DNA of 64,000 nucleotides from Monocercomonoides exilis PA203 (taxonomy: Eukaryota > Protista > Preaxostyla): NCBI GenBank assembly GCA_001643675.2, contig LSRY02000033.1, positions 310,001-374,000 on the forward strand, in the 5' to 3' direction. The stretch's first letter is position 1; each line of letters begins with the position of its first letter. Shown here in pieces: positions 1-14,300 of this stretch. The notes beneath the pieces were generated by a model. That model was not told the DNA's origin. It saw nothing but the letters and a program-made list of their open reading frames with translations, and did no database searches. A program made the position numbers and the translations under genes.

Positions 1-176
1 TTTTGCCAACTGATTCGCTGTTGCTCAACCAACCACATTCACTCATTTTGTTCACTGGTATTTCTGCACAATCTGGTGATATTATTGGAGTGTTTTTGTG
101 CTTTTTCGAAGTCAGCTGAAAAATATATTAAAGGTGCTTTCTCCAAAAAAATAATGACAAAAAGCCAACAGACTCG

Positions 177-2265
177 ATGGCAGCGCAGCAGTCACAGGTG
201 AGGATGGGCAGAGGAAGGGGAAAGGGCGGGGTGCAGACGTGTGGTGCAGACACGCACGCTAAAAAATTTTCTGCTTCAGTTTTGGAGCTCAGGCAAGAAG
301 GACGGGGGCAGAAGACAGCACGCAGCGTTAACGAAATGGCTTGCAGTTTTGGTGCATAATGCATTTGGGTTTCGTTTTCTTGTCCAGCGCCCATCCACCT
401 GCGAGGCGAAAAAGGCTTATTCGAAAGAAACGGGAGCAGTATTCGGAGAAAAGAAAAAGGCTTGAGTGCTCGTTGCTGTCTGTGCGCTGCACGGCATGTT
501 TGCAATTGATTCATATCATTTTGCTTTTTCACTCCTCGTTTTGCAATGCAATTCTGACTTTTTGGCAGGCAAAGGCGACGAAGAGGAAGAGGATGAAGAG
601 GAAGGCGATGAAGAAGAATTCGGGAGCGAAACAGACGAGGACGAGAACTCGGAGGACGAGTTGGCTGAAGAAGAAAAGGGGCTGGAGGAGGGAGCGGAAC
701 AAGTAGAATCTGAACAGGAGGGCATGGCTGATGAAAGCGCTGAGTTGGAGAGCAACCAGGAAGAGCCAATGGACCAGCTGGACGAGGACAATGAAGACGA
801 AAATGTCGAGGAGGATGAATATGCTGGAGAGCGGTCAGATGACAGCAGCGAGGATGATGCTGAAATGAGCGGGAGTGACATGGAGGATTGGATGGCTGAG
901 AGCGAGGAAGAGGAGGGTGTGGAGAGCGGAAAAGAGAGCGAAGAAGCTGAATACGCTGTGAGCAGCATGCAAGAGAAAAGAGAGGAAGCAAGTGACTGGG
1001 AGCCTGACGTCTCATCTCCTTCTGAAGACAGGGTTCATCTTCAGCCAGTGACAACTTCAGAAGAGCTGAGGAGGGAGGGTTCTGTTGTGGATGAGAAAGG
1101 AAGGAGAGAGGCTGAGAAAAGCGATGCTAAGGCGTGTGATGAGGGTGCTGTAGCGACTTTGGGCAGCACGCAAAAGCAAAAGGGAAGGAGTGCAGCAACA
1201 TCATTTTTGATGTCTGTCCAACAACAGCAGAAGGTTCATCAACCACAACACCAGGAGGAGGAGGAAAGGGGAAAGCGACTGGAAGAGCACCATCAGCTGA
1301 AGTGGCTGAGAGTAGCGGGCTGGATGTGAAGCAGGAGGTGAGGAGGCTGAAGGCGAAGTTGGAGGAAAAAGAGGAAACGATCCTTTGTCTTCTGAAAGAG
1401 AAGAAGGAGAAGGCAGAGGAGATGGGGAAGGAGCGAGAGCAGGGCAAGAGGAGAGAAGATTCAGCAGAGAGGAGCAGGGAAAGGGAGCGGGAACGAGAGA
1501 AGAGCAGGATTCGGGAGCTGGAGGAGGTGGTAAAGTGGAAGGAGTAGGAGGAGTGGAAGGAAGCAGTGAAAGAAGAGATAACCTGGCTGAAGAGCGTGAT
1601 GAGAGGGATGGAGGAAGAGAAGGAGGAGCTGGGAGCGAGGCTGCGAGAAGTGAAGAGGTCAGTGGAGGATCTGAAGAGGGAGAAGGCAGCAGCGACAAAA
1701 AGGGCAGAGACAAAGGAGGCTGAGTTTGGAGAGAGAGTGGGAGGAGGAGGAGAAGTGGAGGATGGAGGCACGCCTGAAGGGGAAGATTGGAGAGGTTGAG
1801 AAGGAAAGAGTTCGGGATCGGTGGTGGTATGAAACAGCAGAAGAGGAGTGGAACAGCGAAAAGGAGGGATTGGAGGCAGAAATACGATCGCCGAAGCAGC
1901 AGGTGCAGACACTCCAACAACAGCAGCATTCCACTGAACACTCTTCTCCATTGCTCAAATACACAGCTGGAGAAGAAGTCGCAAACAGAACGAGCCGGCC
2001 ATCTGTTTATTTGAGGAGCGATCATCGGGCGAATGGGGTATCCCGCACTTACAGTGAGGATCCTCCGTCTGCTCTTTCTCTACCGCTTCAGGTTCAGCCA
2101 TCAACACATTCACCCTCTTCTCAGCAACTTTCTCTCTCTGTACAGCGCCTTTCACCATCTTCTTCTGCCTCTTCTTCTTCTGCCTCTTCTTCTTCTGCCT
2201 CTTCTTCTTCTGCCTCTTCTACTTCTGCCTCTTCTTCTTCTTCTTCTTCCACATCATTTGGTTGA
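177..2265 (+). pseudogene. Degenerate acidic/coiled-coil hypothetical gene (two frameshifts plus an in-frame TAG)
   Basis: The E/D-rich ORF 466-1329 passes by a frameshift near 1240-1260 into the coiled-coil frame of 1302-1547. An in-frame TAG at 1545-1547 is followed by the same frame (1566-1799). A second frameshift near 1725 leads into 1726-2265, which ends in poly-Ser. Probable small 5' exons (acceptor tttttggcag at ~568). Confidence 0.5.
2158..2250 (+). repeat. 15-bp tandem repeat (TCTTCTTCTTCTGCC)n encoding SSSSA
   Basis: About 5-6 near-perfect copies are visible directly. Confidence 0.85.
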
Positions 2266-2786
2266 ACGTCTTGCCATTCTGTATCTGTATCAGAGAAAAA
2301 GACAGATATGACGAAGAAACGAAGAAATTGATAGACGAAGAAAAGAAACACATGTGTGTGAAATTCAAAGATTGGAAATGAAAGAATACAAAAAAGGTTC
2401 AAAAGCGAACGAAGAGAAAGAGAAAGAAGATTATGAACACGAGAGCGGGTGAAGAGGGAAGCCAGACAGAGAGGATTGAAGAGGTTGTTGAATGAATGGA
2501 AATGAATGGAAAATGAGGAAAAAGAAGATGGAAGAACATCGAATAAAAATTTGCGATTCTTTTTGTCGAATGCGGATTTGGGAAAAATATGTTGAAGTTA
2601 AAAAAGTTAAAATGAAAGAGTTATTATTACTGTTCTTTTTACTGCTTTGCTTCATTTCGATAAAGTGAGACATTAAAAAAGACTTTCAAAAAAGGCTTCA
2701 AATGGTAACTTGCTTTCTATTTTGCGAAGCGATGAAAAAAGAAAAATAATATTCTTGAGTCATAAAATGAAATGCGTCTCATTTCC

Positions 2787-3644
2787 TCAGATATTCACAA
2801 AATAATCTGCCAAATATTTTGACAATTCGTTATAGTTTAAGTTAATAAAAGAAATCACTCCATAAAGGCTTGCAACGATATCTTCATATCCTTCTTCTTC
2901 CATCTTTTCAAATATCTTTCTTTTCAACTCAATTCTTTTCGTTTCGTCCATTTCGCCATCTGCCTTTTCATCAAATCTTCTTGAAAGATTCAAAAAGAAA
3001 TACAAGCAATCCCACATGATTCCATCATCCAAAGTTGATTGCTCCATTTTCTCCAAAACAGCACCAACAACTCCACTTTTCAACAAGCTATCAATTTTCA
3101 CAATAACACATTCCGCTACTCTTCTAAATATAATAAAGCATTGTTTGCTTGTATCTGGGTAATTATCTCTTGATGCTCGAGATAACTGAACAAGGCTGCC
3201 TATAACACCAGCAAGTTCTTCATTCCACAATGTGTACCTGGTCAAGTATCTATCAAAAACATCGATCCATCTTCTAATAATAATTTCTTTTCCTCCATTT
3301 CCTTCTTTTCTCTTCCCATCAACACATTTTGAAAGCTTTTCTAATTCTCTTCTTGTTTCCCTCACAAAATGCAGCTCATTCACAATCACTTCTTCAAAGT
3401 TTCTTTCATCTTTCAATCTGTCCATCAAAAATTCTCAAGCAGAGTGATATGCTAATCGAGTCAGATTGCGGTGTTCCCGATGATATTGGATGATTTCTTT
3501 GATCTCATTCACACCCAGCTCTTTTTTCGTTATCTGATAAATAAAGGAGAAATTTTTAATAATAATTGAATGAAATAGGAATGCACACGCATATCCTTCG
3601 CTAATGTTTCTCAAAGCTTGCAAAGCCATTTCCATTTTCTCCAA
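2787..3644 (-). pseudogene. 5'-truncated lineage-specific helical-protein gene with an in-frame TGA
   Basis: ORFs 3435-3644 and 2787-3428 share a frame, separated by TGA-GAA-TTT (AYHSA*EFLMDRL, likely TGG>TGA). No convincing upstream exon. Confidence 0.6.
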
Positions 3645-3883
3645 TTTTCAAAGAATCAATTTTCAAAAACTTTGATTGTTGAAAAAATCCAAAGTGTTAT
3701 TTTTCCATTTTAATGAATGAAATGTTTACCACCTATGAAAAATTATCAATAATGAAAATATATTTGTGTTTCAATGAAATTCACAAATTGCCTTTATGAA
3801 TATTATTAAAATCAAATGAAGGGTATCAGATCAAGTCAATAACTTTGTATTGCTTCTTTAAAAGGGATCTTTCAATGCTTTTC

Positions 3884-6800
3884 ATGAAAGGTACGAAATT
3901 TTGCAAATTATCATTTTTCTATCATTTAAAATTTTGTTGTTTTTATATATTAACAGTTATTTTTTTTTCTTTAGTGTTTTCAAATATTCTGAACTTTTCA
4001 TATGGAAAAACTATTCAATATACAAAAAATACGATTAAAAATTATCCAGGTTAGATTTATTTCAATTAAGCAAGAAAATAATTAATATTTTTGAATATTA
4101 TTTAGAATGCACTGAAAAAGATTTGCTTGTCGCAACCGGTCCTTGTAACAAAACTCGTGAATATGTATTTTATTTTCCCGAAACATGCACAATTGGCTCA
4201 TTAAAACCACCAAAGCCCGTGAAGCTTGATTGCAATTTGGGATGTGGAGTTAATGAATTCTTCGATGTTTTTGCAGAAGAAAAAAAATGTGTTCAGTGCC
4301 CCGAAGGGCACGCACCGTTGAGCTCTTCCGTTACATTTTCTGATTGGTTATCAATCCCTGCAGATTTCACTTTATCCACGTCAGGAAATGGTAAGAATTG
4401 GGTTTCAACGGGATCAACTGTTTCATCAGGGACTCAAGAGAACAATGCGATTGCTAACTTGTCTTTGTCAGTTGATATTTACGCTTCAATGGCTCAAGTT
4501 TCATTTGTGTATCAGGCACCAGCTGTTTCACGATATTCTTCAAAGTTTATTTTTTCTGTTGATGGCATTCAAACTTCAGATTATCTTGTTTCCAACACTT
4601 GGACTGAATATTCCTATGCTATTGGGCCTGGGCACCATATATTAGAATGGAGCTATTCAACAGAGTCGTATTATACTCCAACTTACAACATCCCTGGCGT
4701 TCGCATCAGCAAAATCAGTATAAATCCTATTGGAGAGTTGGTTATTGCTTGCTCGCCATGCCCAGTAGGAACTGCCGGCAAAAATGGTACGTGCAATGTC
4801 TGTGAGCGCAATACCGCAGCAGGAGTAGAAGGAAGCACAGAGTGCAAAGCATGCGACCCTGGAACGCATTCTGAAAGGGGATCGGCTGAGTGTGTTGCCA
4901 TGCCTCCATGCACAAGCAGTGATATCACTTTCACATTGGAGGAGTGTCAGCGCAAAGAGCCTGGTGCTCATAAGCGACAGGCGAGAAAGACAAAGAATGA
5001 GATGGCACACGAAAATGCAGACAATGGAGATAGAGAAAGCGAAGGAGATGGAGAAGGAGAAGATGAACTATTCCGGTGGAAGCGATATTCATGGTCAGAT
5101 GGGGCAGAATGCATTGAGAATGATTCAAATCATCTTCCAGAAGACGAGCAAGTGAGCTGTGGAGAGTGCGATGGAGGGATGGTCAGAGACCAAAACACGC
5201 TGAAGTGTGTTCCTTGCCCCAAAGGGCAGTATCGAAAGGATCCGATAATTAACAAAGCGAACGTTTCTTCGCAGAACACAAGAATCTCTTCGTTTCGGAA
5301 AAAGATTGATAATACTATTGAGGCAACTAAACTTAAAAAACGCTTGAGCCTTGCATCATCGTCATCATCGTCATCATCGTCATCATCGTCATCATCGTCA
5401 TCATCGTCATCATTTTCATCCTCAGTGTCAGAATCAACTGTTGAATCGCTAAAAGCTTCAGCTTCAGAAGAAGTATGCACCAGTTGCCCAGCAGGAACTT
5501 ATGCCCAAAACACGATGATTGTCAGAAACATTCACTCGCTTTCGCCACTGTTCAAAACAAGCTGCGTTGCTGACGCCAGCGGAGAGTATATCTCAGCCAG
5601 CGGGTCAAACGCTGCTGAAATGAAAAATAACCTCTTCTTGAAATTTACCAAGTCAAACAAGCAAGCTTCAATTCCGAATGATGCACATTTACAAAGTCAT
5701 CCAAACTCAACATTGAGCAACTCGTCTATGCTGTTCAACCAGCAGGCCAGAGTCGTCAGCCACTGCGGCAGCGGCGGCTGGCAGGCGACAGGAAATGGAA
5801 TGCACTCAGGGCGTGCACACGTTGGGGCAGTGCAGAGTGTTCTTACGCTTCCCTTCAACAAAAGCGTAGACGCGATGAAGGACCAGGGGTGGCTCCAGTT
5901 CACATTCAGATCGCATTTGAAGGACGGATCTGCGATGTATTATGCGGAAGTGACAGAGAACGGATACAGCGATGCACAGGTGATTACTTCTGCAGACAAC
6001 GGTGCTGAAAGCGAGCGAACAGTTACACTTTCATCCACCGTCACGGCATTCCAGTGGATCGTCTGCACAGAAGAGGCACCAATACTCGGCTCTTCGACTA
6101 CGAAGAAGAACTCAGAAGCAGAGACAAATGCAGAAGAAGATGAGGACTATGTGGAGATCTTGTCTGTGATTGTTTATCAGGAAGCGCTCATGAACTCTCC
6201 TTCGGCCGAGTCGCGTGTGGGTGCCATTCAGTGTGTGCCCTGCAAAGCAGGGTATGCGGCGCCTGAAGGGTCTGCACAGTGCCAGCAGTGCCAGGCAGGC
6301 ACATATGCCACCAACAAGCAAGACAAGTGCCTGAAGTGCGGAGAACACGAGTATTCTGTGACTGTTGGGCAGTCAGAGTGCAAAAAATGCGGGAAGGAGA
6401 CAAAAGCGACAGCAGACGGACGGAGCTGCGAGCTGCTGCAGTGCGGGCTGAGGCACAACGAGACGTCTGTGTTTGATTTGGAGCCGCTGAGGAGCGTGCC
6501 GAATGCGATCGAGGCAGACAGCCAGACGGAGTTATCCAACGAGCAGAAGACAATTATGCAGGGTCCCTTCACGGTCCTTGGAAATCACAAAAAATTCGCG
6601 TTTTCGATCTGCGGAAGAGATTCGAACCAGACCGTCTGCAAAGCATCCAACAGCGTTGTGTATCATCCTTATGCATGTGCAATCGACACAGAGAACAACA
6701 TCGTGGTTAGCAGCGGAAATCAAGCAGAGATAACATATTTTGATGAATCGACAAGCCAAAATCAAAATGTGCTGCAGAATTCAATGGACAATGGAATTAA

Positions 6801-7824
6801 TAAAATGAAATCCAGAAAAATGATGAATAGAATCTTTGCTGATTCAATTAGAACTTCATCATCATCATCATCATCTTCTTCTTCTGCAAATCATTCGATT
6901 AACTCCATTATTCGTTCCTTCATCTCACCATTTCTTAAGCATGTCTTAAAAGTTTCTCAACCATTTTCTTCTTCTCTCTCTTATCCCAAAACTTCTGCTA
7001 CTGTTCCATATCATGGCATAAACATCTCTTACTTCGATGGCAGCATCGAGTCCGTGAGCGACGCTTCTTCCACACGCCACGCCAGCACAAACTACTTCAA
7101 CAACAACATCACTTCTGACACAGACCACACCAGCTCTGTGTATTTCGTGCCACTCAGCACTGAGATCCTCGTCGTGTGCAATCCATATGCCGGGCTGGGG
7201 CTCCCCACCGCCGCCACCACTTTTGAGTCGCCTCCTGGCCGCTATCACTTCACGTGGGTGAGCGAGTGCGGGTGCCGGCTGTGCAACGAGGACGACTACG
7301 AGGTCGCAGTGGGCGAGTGCAGCGGCGGGAAGCAGAAGAGGCAGCACATTCTGAAGCCGAACGTGTGGTGTGCCAGAGGATGGGTGCCGCCCGCAGAGAC
7401 GCTTGAGACTTGCACAGAGAACGGGGTTCGACTCAGTAGAGGGGTGCTGATTGCAATCATTGTGGCGATTGTGATTGTGGTTGTTGGCCTTTTCTTGTGT
7501 GTGCTTATTCTGTGCAGGCGCCACTACAAGTTGAAGTACTCCGTTTTGCAGAAGCAGAATGTGGATTTGAATGATACCAATGCGATGAATGTCAGCACAT
7601 CCCACAAGATGAAGTTTGAAGGTGGTGAAGGGCAGACCGAGTCTGTGTCTTCTCCACCAAGCGGGGATGCAGCTTCTGGCAGCTCGGGTTCACAAAGGGC
7701 GGAAAAGCAGCCAAAGAGGAAGGGATTCACTGCAGCCACTGATCTGTTTAAACCGCGCAAGGAAACAGCAACGTTTGATTTGAGTGATGATTCGTTCCAG
7801 CCACAGTCGCCTTATTCAATGTAG
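3884..7824 (+). CDS. ELAPOR/KIAA1324 (UPF0577)-like type I membrane protein with Cys-rich GCC2/GCC3-type repeats and an MRH-like domain
   Basis: Predicted exons 3884-3890, 3957-4049 and 4106-7824 (phase-1 GT-AG introns) give the signal peptide MKVIFFSLVFSNILNFSYG. CxxCPxGxY repeats are present, plus MRH-like motifs FDLEPL, FAFSIC and YHFTWVSECGC. TM segment VLIAIIVAIVIVVVGLFLCVLILC, followed by a tail with YSVL. Confidence 0.75.
5356..5412 (+). repeat. (TCATCATCG)n 9-bp tandem repeat encoding poly-Ser
   Basis: About six copies are visible inside the ELAPOR-like CDS. Confidence 0.85.
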
Positions 7825-8316
7825 ATGAAGATATTTGCAAAATGTTAATGCTAAAAGATTTAATAAATGGCTGAATAATCATTTTGCTAGGTTTTTATTT
7901 GTGTTTATTATTTGTGAATGAAAAAAATAAAAATTTTTAAGTAGTAAGGGTTGGTAATTTACATTCTGATTCACCTCGTTTCTTCAATGTTTTTAAAAAT
8001 TGAGAAAAATTTTTTATATCAAAGCAAGTTTTGGTTCTTTTCTTACAAATATTTGGTTTTTTATTTGAATAATGGTTTCTTGTCAAAGCCTTCCTTTTTT
8101 TCATTTCAATTTTTCACTTAAAGACCAGAAAATTAAAAATCCTTATAACAACAAAATGATTTAAGTGAATTAGTCTATTGTCTTCAACAATCACAATCAG
8201 CTTTCCTTCAGATGCTGAGTGCGAAGGAAAACTGAAAGAAATGAAAAGAAAGATTAAATTATTTTTTTAAAAATGCATGAGATAGAAAGAGGTGTTTGTA
8301 AAAAAATGAATAACGA

Positions 8317-11300
8317 TTAAAGCCCTCCAATTCTCTTCTTCTGCCTGATTTTCTGCATGTTCTCAATTATAATCTGCGCCATGTGCCTCATCTCCTCCAG
8401 TCTGTTTGTCAGCCCTTCTCTTTCTTTCTCGAATCCCAGCCCAAATACATCATCGTCGCCAAGTCCTCCTCCGCTGCCAACACTCTGCTTTTCCAGCTCG
8501 CTCAGGCCAACTCCTCCTTCTCCGCTGCGTATCTCTGCCAAGAACTGGACAACTTGATCTCCAAGAAGCTTTTCTCCAACCTCGCTTCTCGTCGAAAGCG
8601 CACGCAGCAGCGCAATCACCCTCATCATGATTTCTGAAAAGTCCTGTTTTTCGTATTCATCCAGCTTCGAGTGCAGCTCCACCCGCAGCCTCGACGACTC
8701 CTTTTCGGCTGCCTCCTCCTTCCACTGCTGCAGATACTCTTTCTTCGCCTCTTCTCTCTTCTCTCTCATTTCCAGAAATCCGATCAGCTTCACAACACAC
8801 TTCAGCACACCTGCATTCACCAGATCCATTTGGAATGCACTCTTTACTCCAAAGTTCACGATCGCATGTAGCGCTTGCTTGATAATCTCAATCAGTCCAC
8901 TTCTGCGTGCCACGTTCTTTTTTCTCAGCTCTTTGCATTCTTTCAAGTTGACTGGAACAAGCAGAATGTTTTTCAATTCTTCGACAGCTTTTTCTTCTCT
9001 TTCTGCTGCTTCTTCTTCGTCGACTTCTTCGTCTTCATCATCTTCATCTCCGTCTTTCAAGTCTTCATATTCGTCAATCTCTTCCATCTGCGCCCACGAA
9101 TATCTCACTACAACAACCAGAAGATGAAGCAGAGATGCTTCTTTCACATAATCTTCAGAATCTGCAACAGATGCGATGTTCATAGCAACACGACACGCAT
9201 TCGCTATCGTTGGCTCCATTATTGTGAACTTCACCCTTTGCGATTTGCTCGAAGATCCTGACTTCTTTGTCTTTGCTGATGGATCTTTCTCTCCTTCTGT
9301 TCCTTCTTCCTCATCTTCGTCCTCTTCCTCTTCCTCTTCGTCCTCATCTTTCTCTTCATCTTCTTCATCGTCGTAGTGAATCTTGTAACCTCCCACAAAC
9401 GATCGCAGCAGCATTGCCACCATCTGGCAGATGCCTTCTTTGCACAGCACTTTCGAGTTCTCGCTGTTCACAGCCAGATTTGTCACCACAGACATCATCT
9501 TATCCACTGTTTCTCCGTCTGCTTCTTTCAGACTGTTCTTTATTGCTGTCAGCGCCTCTGCTGATGATTCAGCAGAGGATGCGCTTGAAGAAGCCATCGA
9601 CCCTGCTCCTCTTCGCTCTTCTTTCTCCTTCTGAAGAAGTGCAATCTTCGCCTGCGAGTCATATTCCTCTTCTGACTTCGTCATCAGGATGTGCAGAAGC
9701 ATCACCATCTGCTGCGGAATCTGTGTGGTTGAGATGTATGCATTCACCTCATCCACTGTGGAGATGTTGGTGATCACCGAGCAGCATCTTGGGGTGACAA
9801 GAGGATCTCTCACGCTGTATTCCTTGATCATGTCCTGCATAAGCTCCACTCCGCCGCACTTGGCTATGCGCTCACGGCAAGGAACATACAGAGAAAGGTT
9901 GTTCAGCACCATTGGTCCCTTCTGGGCAATTTTCTGTGAGTTGCGGAATGTTGAGTTTAGAAGAGGAATAAGCGCCTCGATCACATTTGAAGACAGGAAC
10001 AGCGCGCGAGTGGAGTCGTGGCCAGGCAACGAAATGAATGCAGACAGGATACGGTCGATCACTTCAACGTTTCCTTTCCAAGCAGAGAGGAGATTGATGA
10101 GTGTGCTCAGCAGAGTTGATGAACCCCTTCCACCACTTGCATTCTTGTCTGTGACATCGAATCCAAGTTCTGTCAGTTCTTCCTTTGTGTATTTGCCCTT
10201 TTCCAGTGGATCCACAAGCATCTTCTTGCACAAATTCTCGTCCAGTGCTGTGTTTTGCACTAAAGCCACATAACGAATCACAATCTCGTTGCTCCATTCG
10301 CCATACACAGTCAATATCTCCTCAGCAATTGGCATGCCATTTGACTTGAACACAGCTGCTTTTCCCTCTGGACACGAAGTTACTTGCGATAATAGTGTAC
10401 CAATGTGGATGATCGATTCATCATCCTGAATGAAGTGGAAGTGCGACACAGCACGTCGACGAGATGGTTTTTGCACTTCAGCTCCTTCCTTTTGAACAGA
10501 ACTTCTGTTTTCTCCTTCACCTTCAGCATTTTGTTCATTCTCTTCTTTCTTTTCCGCTCCATTATGTTCTTCTCCTTCTTGGCTTTTTTGCAATTCTCTT
10601 TCTCTTTCTTTTTCTTCTTCCTCAGCTGCTTTCTTCTCCTCCTCAAACACAGTTTTGTATGCGCTTGGCAGAAGCGCCTGGAGGCACCTGAACAAACTGC
10701 CAACAACTCCGCTTTTCGTAAACTGTATCGCATACAGCTTTCTGTTCATGTTCATCAGATGCTTCAGCAAAATCGACGTGTATCGAGCAAACGGCGGGCA
10801 GAAGAAGTTCGCATAGTCGCTGAATGTGATGAGCGTCTCTAGCAAGTCTGGAATCTTCAGCAGCGCCTCGTTGCAGCTGGGAGTGAGTGTCGCGTTTGCA
10901 AGCGTCACCATCACATTTCTCAGCATCAGCGCAGTGTCAGTTGGAGGATATTCTTCGTCTGACTCGACATACTTCGAGTTGGTCTGAGGCAAAGAGGGAA
11001 CATTCGATCTTTCTGTGCTTTTCACTTTGGGACTTGTACTTTCTTGTGATTTCTTCGAGTTTTGATTTGAGTGCGACGGCTGTGCGGGAGTCGCCACAAA
11101 GAAGAACTTTGGAGCTTTGTGCTTTCTGTTGTCGATCAGCTGTGTATTCTTTCCATCGTCGAGGAGACTGTCATCTGTTGCATCAAACTCGCTGCTTCCG
11201 TAGTCTTCCTCATTCTCCATGCAGCCGCTTCCATCCATATCAGCACCAGCAGCACCAACTTTGCCCTCAGCTTCATTTTCCTCGTCGAGATAGAACCCTT

Positions 11301-14300
11301 CTGGGAAAAACGCCTCGATCCACTCGTCTTTGGCCTTCTTTCCTTTCGCAAAGCGGCCAATCACATCCATCAGCACATTCAGCACGCCCTGCGTGGCAAA
11401 GAGCTCGTGTGCCTGTGGATTGCACGACAGATTCATCAGCCCTGCTGACACGCGCAGTGAAAGCGATTCACGAAGCGCTGTGAAGAAGCCTGGGTGGATG
11501 TTTGGTGGATACATCGAAGAGGATGTGGGTGTCAAAGCTGGCTGTGCGGACTCTTCTGTCATCGAGTTCAGAAGCACGGCAAATGGCTTGATGATGTTCT
11601 CCTTCAGAAGAACAGACAGTTTTTCCTCTGAATAGATTGAAATGGTATTTGTTGAGATAAATTAAGAAAATTTAAGAAAAATAGGTATTATTGTAAATAT
11701 TGATAAAAACAATAAGTTATTAAGAAATAATTCAAAATATTAATCAAGAACACACTGTACAGGCAGAGATTTGCCAGCAATCCACAAGCCACAATGGAGA
11801 TTTCTCTCTTCTTTCTGACGTTTGTGCTGATTGTCTTCAAAAGCACCTTCACCAGCTGCAGATCAAACACTCTGTGCTTTTCCTTCACGAAAGGCTCCAG
11901 CAGATAGACAGGTTGTGGTGCAGAGCCGCTTGGAGAAGAAGAAGGAGAAGGCAGAGGCGATGAGGAAGGTGAGGGTGAAGGAAGAGGAGAAGGAGCAGGA
12001 GATGCGAGAGAAGACGAAGAAGGAGAGGCAGGAGCGGAGAAGGATGCCATGTAATACAGCTGGTTGGATGGGAGTGATTCGAGTGGAAGAGTCAGAGCAA
12101 AGAAGCAGAGAACAAGTGAGTGTGCGACAGTCGGCTTGGGCAGATCAGACTTGCCAAGCATCCGCACAATCATTGCGGGGATTTGTGTGCAGTTCAGAGA
12201 AATGTTCAGAGATGCTGGAATGAAACGAATTGTATTGAATAAAATAAAATGTAGTTGAAATATTGATGATATAAGTTATCAATAGCAAGAAAAATATGGT
12301 GAAAAAAAGAAAGAAATGCATTTAGCATTACAAAATTTATTTAAAATGTTTATTAAACAAAGTGAATATACAGGCAAATTTTTTCTTTTCTTCTTTCTCT
12401 TTCCCTCATTCACTCAAATCATAAAACACTTTCATCCTCCATCCTTCATCAATCAATCATTGTCCCAACATACCATCATGTGCCAAGTTCCTGACAGCTG
12501 CAAGCGACCTCAGCAGCGTCTTCTCTGACGTGTTTATGTGCAAAAACACAGACTGCAATCCTTCACTTATTCCAAGCTTTATTTCTTTCTCTTTCCCTTT
12601 CTCGTTCTTCTTCTCGTCAGATGCATGCGCCAAGCCAGGAAGATGCGCTCCGCTTTCTTTTGAGTTCGGTTCCTCTTGTTTGGCTGTGGAATCTCCGTTG
12701 TTGTCTTTCCCCTTCGAAGCTGCTGAAGAAGAAGAAGAAGAAGAAGACGATGACGAAGAATTCATTTTCTCATATCTTGTTTGCATCTTCGCCACTCTTT
12801 CTTTCACCTCTTCGTCCTCATAAGGAGTCAGCACAGGTGACATGTACTTCAAAATCACTGGATTTGTGCCAATGTTGGCGATCACTGAAGATGTCAGTGT
12901 CAGAATCGAGTTGTCCTTCCCCACGTGCGACAAGAGGAGGCGGAGGAAGAGATAAGAGAACGGAACAAAGCGGCTGCTGGAGGAGGTGAAGAGATGATAG
13001 CAGAATTGCTCTGTTGTTGGGGGTGGGAAGGATGAAGAAGAAATTGTTTAATAATAAGAATAGTAATAAATGATGCGAGTAAGAATCAACGAGGGGGAAA
13101 AAAAGAAAGAAAAAGAAAGAAGAAATAAACATAACAGTTCAAAACAAATAAAAAACCAATAGATTTCACAAAAATAACTCAATCCACACCATCATTCATC
13201 AGATTCAACAGAGCTTCCAATGCAGTCTTCGTCACTTTCTTTTCTCCTTCTTCGCAGTCTCCATACTCCACAAGAACTGAATGAATAAGTGCTATCAAAC
13301 ACATTTCAGCCTCACTCATTTCTTTGTCTGTGCATTTTTCTCCTTCTCCTTCTCTTTCTTCTCCTCCTTCTCCTTCTCCTTCTCCCAGTCCTTTCTCCTT
13401 CATCCCTCCATTTTCGTTCATTCCTTCTGCGCCATTGACAATCGCACCAATCGTATCAGACGAAGACGAAGGCAGCATCAAAGGCAATGAAGAAGATGAT
13501 GATGAGGCTGAAGCAGAAGTCAAAGCAGCTGATGATTCAACTGCTGCTGCATCGTCAAGAGAAGAAGGGCTGGCTCCGAAGAGAAGCTGTTTGGAGGCGT
13601 AGTCCAGCGAGACAAGCTGAATGAAATGGAATCCCTGTGCCAGAACAGACTGAAATGACAGAGAAGAAGAAGAGGAGGAGGAAGAAGAAGCAGAAGAAGA
13701 AGAAGAGTTAGACAATGAAGAAGAAGAGGCTGAAATAGACATCGCATTCGGTGATGTTAAGGATGCTGCTCCATCAGCAGCATTTCCACTTTCATTCGCC
13801 TCTTTTCCTTCTGCTTTCTTTCTGTGGGCAGAAGTGTCGAAGATAAATAGCAAGAAAGCGGGTATAAGAGACAGATCACAGTTGAACCGTAGCGTCTTCT
13901 CATCATTTTCTTTATCAGAATTTTCAGCATTGCCAGACAAGTTATCTCCAAAGGCAATTGAAGAAGAAGAAGAAGAAGAAGATGATGATGATGATGATGA
14001 AGGGAATGAAACAAATCCTTGTTCTTCGCTCACTTGCTCGTCTTGTCTGTCGATTGTCTTGTTGGAAGCACCGGGCGATGAAAGATAAGCACAAACAGAA
14101 GAAGTTGGAAGAGAAAGCGCAAAAGACGTCAGAATTTCGAGTGAAAGTCGCTGCAGAGCAAACAGATCAAGATTGTCGAGGTTGCTCACCTTTTTCAATT
14201 CTTCTTTTGTTTTGTTGGATTCTGGTTTGCTTTCTTTCTTTTCTTCTTTCTTTGTCTCTTCTTTTTTATCTTGTTCACCTTCTTTTTCTTTTTCTCCTTC

